NCBI GenBank assembly: GCA_036338695.1
Contig: JAYZBQ010000009.1
Coordinates: forward strand, 52,529-116,528
Direction of reading: 5' to 3'
Origin: Myxococcota bacterium
GTDB taxonomy: Bacteria; Myxococcota; UBA4151
Length of the DNA: 64,000 nt
Shown: piece by piece, positions 12,053 to 21,987 of the stretch
Layout of the letters: the number at the start of each line of letters is the position of its first letter
Numbering within the stretch: the stretch's first letter is position 1
The notes under the pieces: model-generated
Told to the model about the DNA's origin: nothing
What the model saw: only the letters and a program-made list of their open reading frames with translations
Database searches by the model: none
Translations under genes and position numbers: made by a program

Positions 12053-12871
12053 ATGAGCAAAAGCCAATTGTCCATGAAGAAGATGCTCGAAGTCGGTGCC
12101 CACTTTGGCCACCGCGTCTCGCGCTGGAACCCCAAGATGAAGCCCTTCATCTTTGGTGCGCGCAACGGGATCTACATTCTCAACCTTCAAGAGACACACT
12201 ACCGCTTCGCCAAAGCTTATGAGTTCGTCGCCAAGATGGCGTCACGCGGCGATCAACTCCTCTTCGTCGGCACCAAAACCGCCGCCGCTGAGACCCTGCG
12301 CGAGCAAGCCGAGCGAGCCAACCAACCGTACGTGACAGAGCGCTGGCTCGGCGGTACGCTCACCAACTGGGCGACGATTCGTCAGAGCGTGGAGCGGATG
12401 CGCAAGCTCGAGAAGCTCCTGGGTGACCAGGTGGCGGTGAGCAGCTACACCAAGAAAGAGCAGCTTGACATGGAACGCTCCATGGCAAAGCTCGAGCGCA
12501 ACCTCTCAGGTATCCGTGACATGAAGCGCCGCCCGGGCGCCGTGTTTGTGGTCGACATCAACCGTGAAGCGATCGCCGTTCGAGAAGCGCGCCGGCTGAA
12601 CATCCCCGTGATCGCCCTGGTCGACACCAACTGCGACCCGGACGTCGTCGATTATCCGATCCCGGCGAACGATGACGCCATCCGCTGCATCGAACTCTTC
12701 GCTTCGACGCTAGCCGACGCCTGCGTCGAAGGCGCCGCTCGCTACAAAGAAGAGCAGGCGCGGCGTCCCAAGAAAGAAGCCGCAGCTAAGGACAAAGCGC
12801 GCGAAGAGGGCGGTCCAGAGGTCGCCGTGATTCACAGCGCCAAGAAGGACACCAAAGAGAAAGAAGCTTAG
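12053..12871 (+). CDS. rpsB: 30S ribosomal protein S2
   Basis: GAHFGH, WNPKM, RWLGGTLTN, DTNCDP, NDDA. ATG 12053 follows AAGGA. Confidence 0.98.
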   Translation: MSKSQLSMKKMLEVGAHFGHRVSRWNPKMKPFIFGARNGIYILNLQETHYRFAKAYEFVAKMASRGDQLLFVGTKTAAAETLREQAERANQPYVTERWLGGTLTNWATIRQSVERMRKLEKLLGDQVAVSSYTKKEQLDMERSMAKLERNLSGIRDMKRRPGAVFVVDINREAIAVREARRLNIPVIALVDTNCDPDVVDYPIPANDDAIRCIELFASTLADACVEGAARYKEEQARRPKKEAAAKDKAREEGGPEVAVIHSAKKDTKEKEA

Positions 12872-12902
12872 TCGCTAAGCTGATAGATAAAGGATAGAAT
12901 CG

Positions 12903-13787
12903 ATGAAGATTACCGCTTCACAGGTCAAAGAGCTGCGCGACCGCACCGGCGCCGGCATGATGGATTGCCGCAAGGCGCTCGTCGAATCCGAGGGCAACCT
13001 CGACGAGGCGGTCGAGGTGCTGCGCAAAGCAGGGGCTGCCAAAGCGGCTAAGAAAGCCGGGCGTGTCGCTGCGGAAGGACTCGTTGACGCCGAGATCATG
13101 GACGACGGAACCGCTGTCCTCGTTGAGGTGAACTGCGAGACCGACTTCGTGGCGCGTAATGAGAGCTTCCGCTCGTTCGTCGGCACTATTAAAAGCACGG
13201 TCGCTGCAGACGGCGCGGACGATGTCGCCTCCAAGGTCGACACCGAGCGCACCGAGCTGGTGGCGACGATCGGTGAGAACATCCAAGTCCGGCGCGCCGA
13301 GCGCTTCGACTCGAGCAGCTCGAACTTTGCGTACGTTCACCCCGGCAACCGAATCGCCGTGATCCTCAAGATCGATGGCGGCGACGGCTCCGATGCGCTC
13401 AAGACCTTCGGCAAGGACCTGTGCTTCCACATTGCGGCAATGAACCCGCTGTGCACCAGCCCAGACGATGTCCCCGCTGACGTGATCGCCCAAGAGACGC
13501 GCATCGCGCGCGAGCAGCTGATGGCAGAGGGCAAGCCAGAGGCGATGATCGATAAGATCATCCCGGGCAAGCTCAAGCGCTTCTACAAGGATCGCTGCCT
13601 GCTCAACCAGGAGGCTGCGATGGGCGACGACGGCGTCACCAATCAGGCGCTGCTCGACCAGCTGAACAAGGCGAGCGCTACCCCCGTTCAGGTCGGTGGC
13701 TTCGTCCGCTACGAGCTCGGCGAAGGTATCGAGAAGAAGGAAGACAACCTGGCGGCTGAGGTCGCCGCCATGACCGGCGGTGCGTGA
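12903..13787 (+). CDS. tsf: Elongation factor Ts
   Basis: LRDRTGAGMMDCRKAL, EVNCETDFVA, GENI. Follows rpsB. Confidence 0.98.
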   Translation: MKITASQVKELRDRTGAGMMDCRKALVESEGNLDEAVEVLRKAGAAKAAKKAGRVAAEGLVDAEIMDDGTAVLVEVNCETDFVARNESFRSFVGTIKSTVAADGADDVASKVDTERTELVATIGENIQVRRAERFDSSSSNFAYVHPGNRIAVILKIDGGDGSDALKTFGKDLCFHIAAMNPLCTSPDDVPADVIAQETRIAREQLMAEGKPEAMIDKIIPGKLKRFYKDRCLLNQEAAMGDDGVTNQALLDQLNKASATPVQVGGFVRYELGEGIEKKEDNLAAEVAAMTGGA

Positions 13788-14501
13788 GTGAGTTACCAAC
13801 GCGTCCTGCTCAAGCTCAGCGGCGAAGCGCTGCAAGGTCAGCAGGGCTACGGGATTGACCCCAAGGTCCTCGCTGATCTCTCGGCGGAGCTCGCTGAAGT
13901 GCACGCAACAGGCACACAGCTCGGCTTGGTCTTGGGCGGCGGGAATATTTTTCGTGGGATCGCCGGTGCAAGCGCTGGGATGGACCGCGCCCATGCTGAT
14001 TACATGGGTATGCTCGCCACCGTGATCAACGCCCTTGCGATGCAGGATGCGCTCGAGAAGGCAGGCGTGCCGACGCGCGTGATGACCGCCATCAACATGC
14101 CGGAGGTGGCGGAGCCGTACATCCGGCGCCGTGCGATCTCACACCTCAACAAGGGGCTCGCTGTGATCTTTGCGGCGGGTACGGGGAACCCCTTCTTTAC
14201 CACGGACACTGCGGCTGCGCTGCGTGCGATGGAGGTCGGCGCAGACGTCATCCTCAAAGGGACCAAGGTCGACGGGATCTATGAAGAGGACCCGTTCAAA
14301 AACCCTGGCTCACGTCGCTTCGAGGAGATCAGCTACACGGAAGTGCTGCGGCGGCGACTTGAGGTGATGGACGCAACGGCGATCAGCCTCTGCCGTGAAA
14401 ACGGGATGCCGATTGCGGTGTTCAACATGAACGGGCGAGGGAACATTCAGCGTATGATCGCCGGTGACACGGCGATCGGTACGGTGGTCGTTCCGGACTG
14501 A
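13788..14501 (+). CDS. pyrH: UMP kinase
   Basis: [28 protein letters not shown] start. Confidence 0.98.
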   Translation: MSYQRVLLKLSGEALQGQQGYGIDPKVLADLSAELAEVHATGTQLGLVLGGGNIFRGIAGASAGMDRAHADYMGMLATVINALAMQDALEKAGVPTRVMTAINMPEVAEPYIRRRAISHLNKGLAVIFAAGTGNPFFTTDTAAALRAMEVGADVILKGTKVDGIYEEDPFKNPGSRRFEEISYTEVLRRRLEVMDATAISLCRENGMPIAVFNMNGRGNIQRMIAGDTAIGTVVVPD

Positions 14502-14512
14502 AAGGCAGATAG

Positions 14513-15070
14513 ATGATCAACGAGGTCTTGGAAGAGGTTCAATCTGGGATGGATGAAACCATCGAGGCGATCCGTCGCGACCTAGCAAGACTCCGGACCG
14601 GTCGCGCCAACGCCAACATGCTTGAGCCGGTTCGTGTGGACTATTACGGCTCGGCGACGCCGCTCAACCAAATGGCGAGCGTCACGGTCCCCGAGGCGCG
14701 TATCCTTCAGATCAAACCTTGGGATAAAACAGCGATTAATGACATCGAGCGGGCGCTCCACGAGGCGAACCTCGGAGTCTCTCCGCAAAACGACGGTGAG
14801 GTGATCCGCCTGATCTTTCCGCCGACCACGGAAGAGCGCCGGCGCGAGTTCGTCAAGGAAGCCTGGGGGCAGATCGAGAACGGTAAGGTCTCCATCCGCA
14901 ACAAGCGCCGTGACGGAAACGACATGCTCAAAGAGCTCGAGAAAGAGGGCGAGATCAGCGAGGATGAGCTCAAGCGAGGGCTCGCTCGGGTTCAGGAGTT
15001 GACCGACTCCAACACCAAGGCTTTGGACGAACTCGGGAAATCTAAAGAAGAAGAGATCCTGACCGTTTAG
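14513..15070 (+). CDS. frr: Ribosome recycling factor
   Basis: LRTGRAN, VDYYG, PPTTEERR, IRNKRRD. Confidence 0.98.
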   Translation: MINEVLEEVQSGMDETIEAIRRDLARLRTGRANANMLEPVRVDYYGSATPLNQMASVTVPEARILQIKPWDKTAINDIERALHEANLGVSPQNDGEVIRLIFPPTTEERRREFVKEAWGQIENGKVSIRNKRRDGNDMLKELEKEGEISEDELKRGLARVQELTDSNTKALDELGKSKEEEILTV

Positions 15071-15088
15071 CGGTCAAAGACCGCCGTG

Positions 15089-15799
15089 ATGTCGGAGCTC
15101 CCTCGCCATGTCGCAATCATCATGGACGGCAACGGCCGCTGGGCACAGGCTCGACACCTCAGTCGGATCGATGGCCACCAAGCCGGGGCGAACACGGTAC
15201 GCCGCGTCACGACTCGGGCGCGCGAGCTCGGCATCGAATCGCTGACCCTGTACGCGTTCTCCACTGAAAACTGGCGGCGGCCGAAGGATGAGGTGCGCGG
15301 GCTGTGGAAGCTGCTCGTCGACTACCTTCGCTCCGAGCTGCCGACGCTCCTAAAGAACCAGATCCGGCTCAAGCTCATCGGCGATCCAGGCGCCATCCCG
15401 AAGCTCGCCCAAAATCGTCTCAACTCGGTGATTGAGCGCACCGCAGGCTCAAGCGCCATGACGCTCAATCTGGCGCTCAACTACGGCGCACAAAGCGAGC
15501 TCGTTCACGCCTTCAAGCAGATCCAGCGCCAGGGTGAAACGATCGACGCTGAGCAGATCGAGAGGCACCTGTATACCGCGGGTCAGCCGGCGGTCGACCT
15601 CTTGATCCGCACCGGCGGCGAGCGTCGGCTCAGCAATTTCTTGCTCTGGCAGGCAGCGTACGCCGAGCTCTACTTCTGTGACACGCTGTGGCCGGATTTT
15701 AGCGACGAGCACTTCGACCAAGCGCTCAACGATTTTCGACAGCGAGAGCGGCGCTTCGGTCAAACCAGCGCCCAGCTTAGCCAGCGAGCCGCACCATGA
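15089..15799 (+). CDS. uppS: Undecaprenyl/polyprenyl diphosphate synthase
   Basis: IIMDGNGRWA, FSTENW, RTGGERRLSNFLLWQ. Confidence 0.97.
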   Translation: MSELPRHVAIIMDGNGRWAQARHLSRIDGHQAGANTVRRVTTRARELGIESLTLYAFSTENWRRPKDEVRGLWKLLVDYLRSELPTLLKNQIRLKLIGDPGAIPKLAQNRLNSVIERTAGSSAMTLNLALNYGAQSELVHAFKQIQRQGETIDAEQIERHLYTAGQPAVDLLIRTGGERRLSNFLLWQAAYAELYFCDTLWPDFSDEHFDQALNDFRQRERRFGQTSAQLSQRAAP

Positions 15800-16620
15800 A
15801 CCTGCTCCTACGCATCCTCTCCGTTGCGGTCCTGCTCCCCATTGTGCTCGCCGCGATCCACTACGGGGGGCTCGCTTTCTACGGACTGCTGACGGTCGCC
15901 GTGGCGATTGCGCTGTATGAAGGGCTCGCCCTCGTGCTTCCAGACCTTGAAGAGCGACGCATTCAGACGCTCATCTTGGGCGGCACGCTCGGCGGCTTGG
16001 GCGCACTAATCCACATGGACTCGATGCCGGTTGCGTCGGGTCTTGCGCTGCTTCTATGCGGCTCGGCGCTCAGCGCTGCTGAGGTGGTCGCTCGCCCGGG
16101 CGAACTCGAGTCGGCGGCGCGCCGCTGGCAAGGCGCCGTCTTCGTTGCGCTCTACGCGGGCGTCCCGCTGCTGATGATGTTGGCGCTGCGCAAGCTGGGG
16201 ACTGCAGACCAGGGCACCCGCTTTCTCTACCTCTGCCTTGCGGCGACGTGGAGCAACGACACCATGGCGTACTTCGCCGGTCGAACCTTCGGTAAGCGCA
16301 AGATGCACCCGACGATCTCACCCAAAAAGACCTGGGAAGGGTTTGCGGGGGGCGTCCTTGGCAGTCTCGCCGCCGCCTTCGTGTGCAAGTCCCTCTTTCT
16401 ACCCGAGCTCAGCTGGGCGGTCGCGGCGGTCTACGGCTTGGTGATGGCGCCGCTGGTCCCGCTCGGCGATCTCGCCGAGAGCGTGCTCAAGCGCGTCTCG
16501 GGCGTGAAAGACAGCGGTCAGCTCATCCCGGGACACGGCGGTCTCTTGGATCGCGTCGATGCGCTCTTGTTTGCGCTGCCGTGGACCTATCTCGTGGCCT
16601 TGTTCACGATCCGCCCATGA
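15796..16620 (+). CDS. cdsA: Phosphatidate cytidylyltransferase
   Basis: Polytopic membrane protein. SPKKTWEG, GDLAESVLKR, KDSG..IPGHGG.LDRVD. Confidence 0.96.
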   Translation: MNLLLRILSVAVLLPIVLAAIHYGGLAFYGLLTVAVAIALYEGLALVLPDLEERRIQTLILGGTLGGLGALIHMDSMPVASGLALLLCGSALSAAEVVARPGELESAARRWQGAVFVALYAGVPLLMMLALRKLGTADQGTRFLYLCLAATWSNDTMAYFAGRTFGKRKMHPTISPKKTWEGFAGGVLGSLAAAFVCKSLFLPELSWAVAAVYGLVMAPLVPLGDLAESVLKRVSGVKDSGQLIPGHGGLLDRVDALLFALPWTYLVALFTIRP

Positions 16621-17768
16621 TCCGCATCGCCCTACTCGGCTCCACCGGCTCGATCGGGACCCAATGTCTCGACCTCGTCGAGCGGTTCCCAGAGCAGCTC
16701 GCCGTCGTTGGCTTGGGCGGCGGACGGCAGCTCGAGCTGCTCGCGCAACAAGCCAAACGCTTTCGACCGCGTCTGGTCACCTGTCAGGACGAGGGAGACG
16801 TGGCGAGGCTAACCGCTTTGATCGATGATCCGACCATCGCCATCGAGGCCGGCGCCGCAGGGCAAAGAGCGCTCGCAACGCTCGACGAGGCGGACACCGT
16901 GGTGGCGGCGGTCGTCGGCTACGCCGGGCTGGTCGGGACCCTCGCAGCCGCAGAGGCGGGCAAGCGCATCGCCCTGGCCAACAAGGAGAGCCTCGTCGCA
17001 GGCGGCGAGCTCGTCATGAAGACCCTTGCGCAAAACGGCGGTGAGATCATCCCGATCGACTCCGAGCACGTCGCCATCCATCAGTGCCTGAGTGGCGAGC
17101 AGCACGCCTCCATCCACCAGCTCTGGCTCACCGCAAGCGGAGGCCCTTTTCGAGGCGCCGATCGCAACGCGCTGGCTCACATCAGCGTCGATGAAGCGCT
17201 CGACCACCCGAACTGGTCGATGGGTCCCAAAATCACCATCGACTCGGCGACGCTCATGAACAAGGGGCTCGAGCTGGTCGAGGCGACGTGGTTGTTTGAC
17301 TGCCCACCGGATCAGGTGCAGATCGCCGTCCATCCCCCCAGCCTCGTTCACTCGATGGTCGAGTTTGTTGACGGCACCTTCAAGGCGCAGCTCGGCGCGC
17401 CCGATATGCGCTCGGCGATCGCCTACGCGCTCTCGCCATCGCCTCGTCTGCCGCTGCGCGCAGTCGACGGCGTCCGGCTCTGGAACCCGCTCGATCAGGC
17501 GCTTGAATTCGAACGTTATGATCGATCGGTCTTTCGAGCGCCCGACCTATGCCGAGCGGCGCTTCGCCAGGGCGGGGGGACGCCGGCGGCGCTCAACGCG
17601 CTCAACGAGGTGCTCGTGGCTCAGTTCCTGGGCGGTCGGCGAAGCTTTTTGAGCATCGTCGATGACTTGGAGCGCGGTTTGGAGGCGTTGTCGCAGCAGG
17701 CTCTGGCGGGCGACTCGCTCGAGGCGATCGTCGCCGCGGACGCAGCAGGGCGCGCGTGGGCGGGCTAG
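16617..17768 (+). CDS. dxr: 1-deoxy-D-xylulose-5-phosphate reductoisomerase
   Basis: LGSTGSIG, LANKESLV, PIDSEH, TASGGPF, HPNWSMG.KITIDSAT. Start at the ATGA overlap with cdsA. Confidence 0.97.
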   Translation: MIRIALLGSTGSIGTQCLDLVERFPEQLAVVGLGGGRQLELLAQQAKRFRPRLVTCQDEGDVARLTALIDDPTIAIEAGAAGQRALATLDEADTVVAAVVGYAGLVGTLAAAEAGKRIALANKESLVAGGELVMKTLAQNGGEIIPIDSEHVAIHQCLSGEQHASIHQLWLTASGGPFRGADRNALAHISVDEALDHPNWSMGPKITIDSATLMNKGLELVEATWLFDCPPDQVQIAVHPPSLVHSMVEFVDGTFKAQLGAPDMRSAIAYALSPSPRLPLRAVDGVRLWNPLDQALEFERYDRSVFRAPDLCRAALRQGGGTPAALNALNEVLVAQFLGGRRSFLSIVDDLERGLEALSQQALAGDSLEAIVAADAAGRAWAG

Positions 17769-19300
17769 AACGCTCGGCGTGGTGGAGGGCGGCGGCGCTC
17801 TTTGGGCTCTTCTTGGTCCCGCGCATAGCGCTGCTCGGAGACGCTCGCTGGACCGGTGAAGAGAGCTGGTTCTTCTGGGAGATCTATCAAACAGCGCAGG
17901 GCGAGCGTTGGTCTGCCTTGGGCACCCCCGTCTCCGGCACACGGGGCGCGCATCCCGGCCCCTACTTCTATTTTCTCCTCGCGCCCTTTGCCTGGAGTGG
18001 CTCGCCTTGGCTGACGAGCCTTGGCGTCGCGCTGCTCGATAGCCTGGGGCATCTGCTGGCGCTCATGGGGCTCGCTACGCTGCTGATCGGTCGACCGCAT
18101 CGGCGGGTGGCGCTGACCGTGGCGGCGCTGATCTTGGCACTGAGCCCGTGGGCGCTTCTGTACGCAGACCGCCCCTGGAACTCGAACCTCGTGAGCCTTC
18201 CCGTCGGGCTGGCGTTGCTCGGCTTTGCTCGGTGGCTCGAGGCGCCGCAGCGCTGGCGCGCCTTTGCTCTGCTCACCATCGGGTTGGCGACCTTACCGAG
18301 TTTCCATATGTCGGCGCCGATCATCGGACTGCCCATGCTGATGATGGTGGCTTGGCGCTGGCGAACGCTCAGACCAGCCAGCGTGATCACTGGAGCGGCG
18401 CTCTCCGTTATCATCTGGAGCCCTTATGCGCTCCACGAACTCAAGCACTCAGGGGCCAACACGCGTGGGCTAATGACCCGTAGCCTCCCGGCGGTCAGTG
18501 ACACCGAGAACACCGTTCTGGCGCTGAGCTGGCCGTGGCGCTTGGTCGCGCCGGAGATCGGTTACCACGCGCAGAAAGGGTACTGGTCACCGTATCAGCC
18601 GAGCGGATGGCGGCAGCCTGGTTCCTCGGCGCAGCGGTCGTGGCGAGCGATTCATGGTGACCTCGTGGCGCCAGGTGTCGCGCTCGGCGGCTTACTCATG
18701 CTGACGCTGTGGGTTGCTTATCTGGTCAGCCTGAAGAAGCGAGATCAGCGCGACCAACTCAGCGCGCTGTGGTTGAGCGGCACGCTGATCGGCTGGGGGC
18801 TGCTGCTGATCGCGGGGCGGCGCGCCTACCCGCATTACCTGCAGCCGCTCCTTCCCTACTACGCAGCCGTCGTCGGGCTCGGTTTTGCTCAGCTCTGGGA
18901 CCGCCCCAAACTGCGCAGCGCCCTCGGGCTGGCGCTCGCGATCAGTTTAGGCACCGGACTCGTCGTCACCGAGCGCTTTCAGCGACTCAACGATCGGCCC
19001 TTTGGTTTAAACGCCAATCTCTACACGGCTGATCTGATGCAGCGCTTCGGATCGATCAAACCCGTCTTTTGCGGCGCCCTTGGGTACCGAAATGAACGAC
19101 AACTCAGTCAGCTGATGCGCGTCACCCATCCAGACGCTGAAGGCGGCTCATCGCGCGGCTACCTCGTCCATCTACTCGAGGGCGAGGCTTCCGCAGAGGC
19201 GAAGCGATTGGCCCAGTGGTCGAGCACACGATACGGAATTCAGCACTTTTTAGTGCTCGGCGCTTTACCACAGCCGCTGCGGAGACTAGGGTGCCGGTAG
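17756..19300 (+). CDS. Polytopic membrane protein, probable GT-C fold (ArnT/PMT-like) glycosyltransferase
   Basis: Many TM helices. 'WTGEE' acidic pair after TM1, 'HPGPYFYFL', 'RPWNSN', 'YPHYLQP' resemble GT39/ArnT-like proteins. Start uncertain. Confidence 0.6.
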   Translation: MGGLERSAWWRAAALFGLFLVPRIALLGDARWTGEESWFFWEIYQTAQGERWSALGTPVSGTRGAHPGPYFYFLLAPFAWSGSPWLTSLGVALLDSLGHLLALMGLATLLIGRPHRRVALTVAALILALSPWALLYADRPWNSNLVSLPVGLALLGFARWLEAPQRWRAFALLTIGLATLPSFHMSAPIIGLPMLMMVAWRWRTLRPASVITGAALSVIIWSPYALHELKHSGANTRGLMTRSLPAVSDTENTVLALSWPWRLVAPEIGYHAQKGYWSPYQPSGWRQPGSSAQRSWRAIHGDLVAPGVALGGLLMLTLWVAYLVSLKKRDQRDQLSALWLSGTLIGWGLLLIAGRRAYPHYLQPLLPYYAAVVGLGFAQLWDRPKLRSALGLALAISLGTGLVVTERFQRLNDRPFGLNANLYTADLMQRFGSIKPVFCGALGYRNERQLSQLMRVTHPDAEGGSSRGYLVHLLEGEASAEAKRLAQWSSTRYGIQHFLVLGALPQPLRRLGCR

Positions 19301-19302
19301 TC

Positions 19303-19320
19303 TGAATGAGGATTCATTCA
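19303..19320. promoter_or_regulatory. FadR-type operator TGAATGA-N4-TCATTCA
   Basis: Perfect 7-4-7 inverted repeat 3 nt before the TetR start. Same half-sites and spacing as the B. subtilis FadR(YsiA) box. Confidence 0.8.
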
Positions 19321-19323
19321 ATT

Positions 19324-19992
19324 ATGAGCCGCAGCCCCGACAAGCGTCATCTGATCATCACCGCCGCGCAAAAAGTCTTCTCACAAGTGGGCTTTGACCG
19401 AGCTCGAATCTCGGACATTGCTCGCCGGGCGGGCGTCGCTGACGGAACCATCTACCTTTATTTTAAAAGCAAAGATGAGCTGCTCATCAGCCTGTTTGAA
19501 GAGCGCGTCGCTCCGGCGATGCAGGCGATCGAGGCGAAAGTCCAAGAGGGTCATCAAGATCCGCGAGAGCGCTTTGCGCAGCTGATCAGAGCCTACCTCG
19601 GGGCGATGCAGAGCGACCCCTCGCTGGGCTCCATCATCACCATGCAGGTTCGCCAGAGCCGGCGCTTTGTCACCGACTACGACAACCGCCCATTGGCCAA
19701 GTTCTTCTCGGTGCTGCGCGCCATCCTCGACGACGGAATAAAGCAAGGGCTGTTTCGTCGTGACGTATCGATCGATGCGCTTCGCTGGATGGTCTTTGGC
19801 AGCCTCGACGCGTTCACGTTGGCGTGGGGGCTTGGGCGCAACAGCGCCACCGACCTCAACGACCTCGGGGACCACCTCGTCCGGCTCACCCTCCGAGGGC
19901 TCAGCTCGGGCGACAACCCAACCTTGATGCCGCAGCCGGCGCCGACGATTCAGCAAGACACCACCGACACCTTTGACCCAGCATTGGACTAA
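19324..19992 (+). CDS. fadR: TetR-family regulator, B. subtilis FadR(YsiA)-like
   Basis: HTH 'IARRAGVADGTIYLYFKSKDELLISLF'. Heads a beta-oxidation operon and is preceded by a FadR-type box. Confidence 0.8.
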   Translation: MSRSPDKRHLIITAAQKVFSQVGFDRARISDIARRAGVADGTIYLYFKSKDELLISLFEERVAPAMQAIEAKVQEGHQDPRERFAQLIRAYLGAMQSDPSLGSIITMQVRQSRRFVTDYDNRPLAKFFSVLRAILDDGIKQGLFRRDVSIDALRWMVFGSLDAFTLAWGLGRNSATDLNDLGDHLVRLTLRGLSSGDNPTLMPQPAPTIQQDTTDTFDPALD

Positions 19993-19994
19993 GC

Positions 19995-21134
19995 ATGATC
20001 TCATTTGGATTGACCGAAGACCAACTCGAATACCAGCGCATGGCGCGCCAATTCATCGCGCAGACGGTGATCCCCCATGCAGGGCACTGGGATGAGACCG
20101 GACATTTCCCGAAAGACGCCATCCGCAGCGCCTGGGAGAACGGTCTGCTCAACCTGTGCATCCCAAGCTCGGTCGGGGGCGCAGGCATGCCGCTGGTGGA
20201 CACGCTGATCATCAGCGAGGAGATCTCCTACGGCTGCGTCGGGTACTCGACCTCGTGCATGGCGAATGAGCTGGCGCTCACCCCGATCGTTCTCGGCGCC
20301 GACGAAGATCAGAAGCGTAAGTTCCTCAAGCCATTCGTCGACGAGTTCAAGCTTGCGGCGTTTTGCCTGAGTGAGCCGGGCGCAGGATCGGACGCAGCGT
20401 CCTTGCGGACCACGGCTCGTCGTGAGGGCGATGAGTGGGTCATCAACGGTCAAAAACAGTGGATCACGAACGCAACCCACGCGGACTTTTACACGGTCTT
20501 TGCGACCGTGGATCGAGAGGCGGGCCACCGCGGCATTACCCTCTTTGCCGTACCTCGTGACACGCCTGGCATCACGGTCGCTCCCCATGAAAATAAGATG
20601 GGGCAACGCTGCTCGGACACGGCGCCGATCAGCTTTGAGGACGTGCGGGTGCCGGCGGATCACTGCATCGGCGGTCCGGGGAATGGCTGGAAGATCGCCA
20701 TGCACACGCTCGACTTTAGCCGCCCGCTCGTCGCCATGTCGGCGGTGGGTGTCGCCCGGCGCGCGCTTGAGGAGTCGATCAACTACGCCAAAGAGCGCAA
20801 GACATTCGGCAAACCCATCGGGCAGCATCAGGCGATCGGTTTCATGCTCTCGGACATGGCAGCCAAGACGCAGGCTGCTCGGCTGCTGGCGCTCGAGGCA
20901 GCTTGGCGGACCGACCAAGGCTTGCCCGCCAACAAAGAGGCGAGCTTCGCCAAGGCGATGTGCGCCGACTGGTGCATGGAGATCTGCACCGACGCCGTGC
21001 AGATCTTCGGCGGCTACGGCTACACCAAAGAGTACCCAGTCGAGAAGCTGATGCGAGACGCTAAGCTCATCCAGATCTACGAAGGAACCAGCCAAATTCA
21101 GCGTATTGTGATCTCGCGAGAGCTCATGCGCTAA
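19995..21134 (+). CDS. Acyl-CoA dehydrogenase
   Basis: FCLSEPGAGSD, NGQKQWITN, KMGQR, QIFGGYGY, IYEGTSQIQR. Confidence 0.96.
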   Translation: MISFGLTEDQLEYQRMARQFIAQTVIPHAGHWDETGHFPKDAIRSAWENGLLNLCIPSSVGGAGMPLVDTLIISEEISYGCVGYSTSCMANELALTPIVLGADEDQKRKFLKPFVDEFKLAAFCLSEPGAGSDAASLRTTARREGDEWVINGQKQWITNATHADFYTVFATVDREAGHRGITLFAVPRDTPGITVAPHENKMGQRCSDTAPISFEDVRVPADHCIGGPGNGWKIAMHTLDFSRPLVAMSAVGVARRALEESINYAKERKTFGKPIGQHQAIGFMLSDMAAKTQAARLLALEAAWRTDQGLPANKEASFAKAMCADWCMEICTDAVQIFGGYGYTKEYPVEKLMRDAKLIQIYEGTSQIQRIVISRELMR

Positions 21135-21197
21135 GGCGTTACTTGACCCGGCGACTCGCCGGCACAATAACAGCCCAACCGAACAGGAAGAAGAACG

Positions 21198-21947
21198 ATG
21201 AAGATACTCGTACCGATCGCACGCACCGAAGATTACAACGCGCGCATCGTCGTCAATAAAGCAGGCGATGACATCGAACGCGGCGGCGTGGCGATGGTGA
21301 TCAACCCCTTTGATGAGATCGCCGTCGAGGAGGCGCTGCGGCTCTTGGATGGTGGCGAAGGTGAGATCATCGTCGTCGCCATCGGTGGCGACGAGGCTGC
21401 GCCTGAGCTGCGTCGAGCGCTTGCGATGGGCGCGCATCGGGCGATCCAGATCAACACCGAGGTCAAGCTGATGCCCGAGGTCGTGACGCCGCTGCTCGCA
21501 GCGGTCGCTGAACGCGAGCAGCCCGACCTGGTCTTGATGGGCAAGCAGAGCATCGACGGCGACTCCGGACAGGTCGCGCAACGGCTGGCGCATCGCCTCG
21601 ACTGGCCGCAGGCGACCTTCGCCTATGAAGTGAGCGTTGAGGGCGGCACCGTAACCGTCGGCTGCGAGGTCGACGGGGGCACCGAAACCGTCGCCTTCGA
21701 CCTACCCGGCGTGATCAGCACGGACCTGCGCCTAAACGAGCCCAGGCTGCCGAAGCTCCCCGATATCATGAAGGCGAAAAAGAAACCCTACGAGGTCTTG
21801 ACCGACGCGGAGCTTGGCGGCGTCGAGGAGAGCCCAATTAAAGTGCTCTCGCTGTCCCCGCCGCCCGAGCGTCAAGCCGGCCAAATCGTCGCCGATGTCG
21901 ATACGTTGATCGCAAAGCTGCGCGACGAAGCCAAGGTGCTCGCTTAA
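21198..21947 (+). CDS. etfB: Electron transfer flavoprotein beta subunit
   Basis: NPFDEIAVEEA, ALAMGA, GKQSIDGD, LNEPR. Confidence 0.96.
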   Translation: MKILVPIARTEDYNARIVVNKAGDDIERGGVAMVINPFDEIAVEEALRLLDGGEGEIIVVAIGGDEAAPELRRALAMGAHRAIQINTEVKLMPEVVTPLLAAVAEREQPDLVLMGKQSIDGDSGQVAQRLAHRLDWPQATFAYEVSVEGGTVTVGCEVDGGTETVAFDLPGVISTDLRLNEPRLPKLPDIMKAKKKPYEVLTDAELGGVEESPIKVLSLSPPPERQAGQIVADVDTLIAKLRDEAKVLA

Positions 21948-21987
21948 ATCAAACGATAGACACCGCGATGCGGTGGAATGGTGAATC

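Noticed and set aside
21143..21170. TTGACC and palindrome CCGGCGA-C-TCGCCGG upstream of etfB
   Set aside because: No well-spaced -10 box and no U-tract. A short GC palindrome is plausible by chance.
20001..21593. 530-aa antisense ORF over acyl-CoA dehydrogenase/etfB, and similar long antisense ORFs (12918-13994, 24394-25509, 32199-33245, 41920-43062, 52276-53358)
   Set aside because: Shadow ORFs expected opposite high-GC3 genes. They have no motifs, and the sense strand carries conserved proteins.
21961..21975. 6-bp hairpin CACCGC-GAT-GCGGTG between etfB and etfA (similar GCGGTC-AAA-GACCGC at 15070-15084)
   Set aside because: Too short and lacks a U-tract. Cannot be called a terminator or repeat family.
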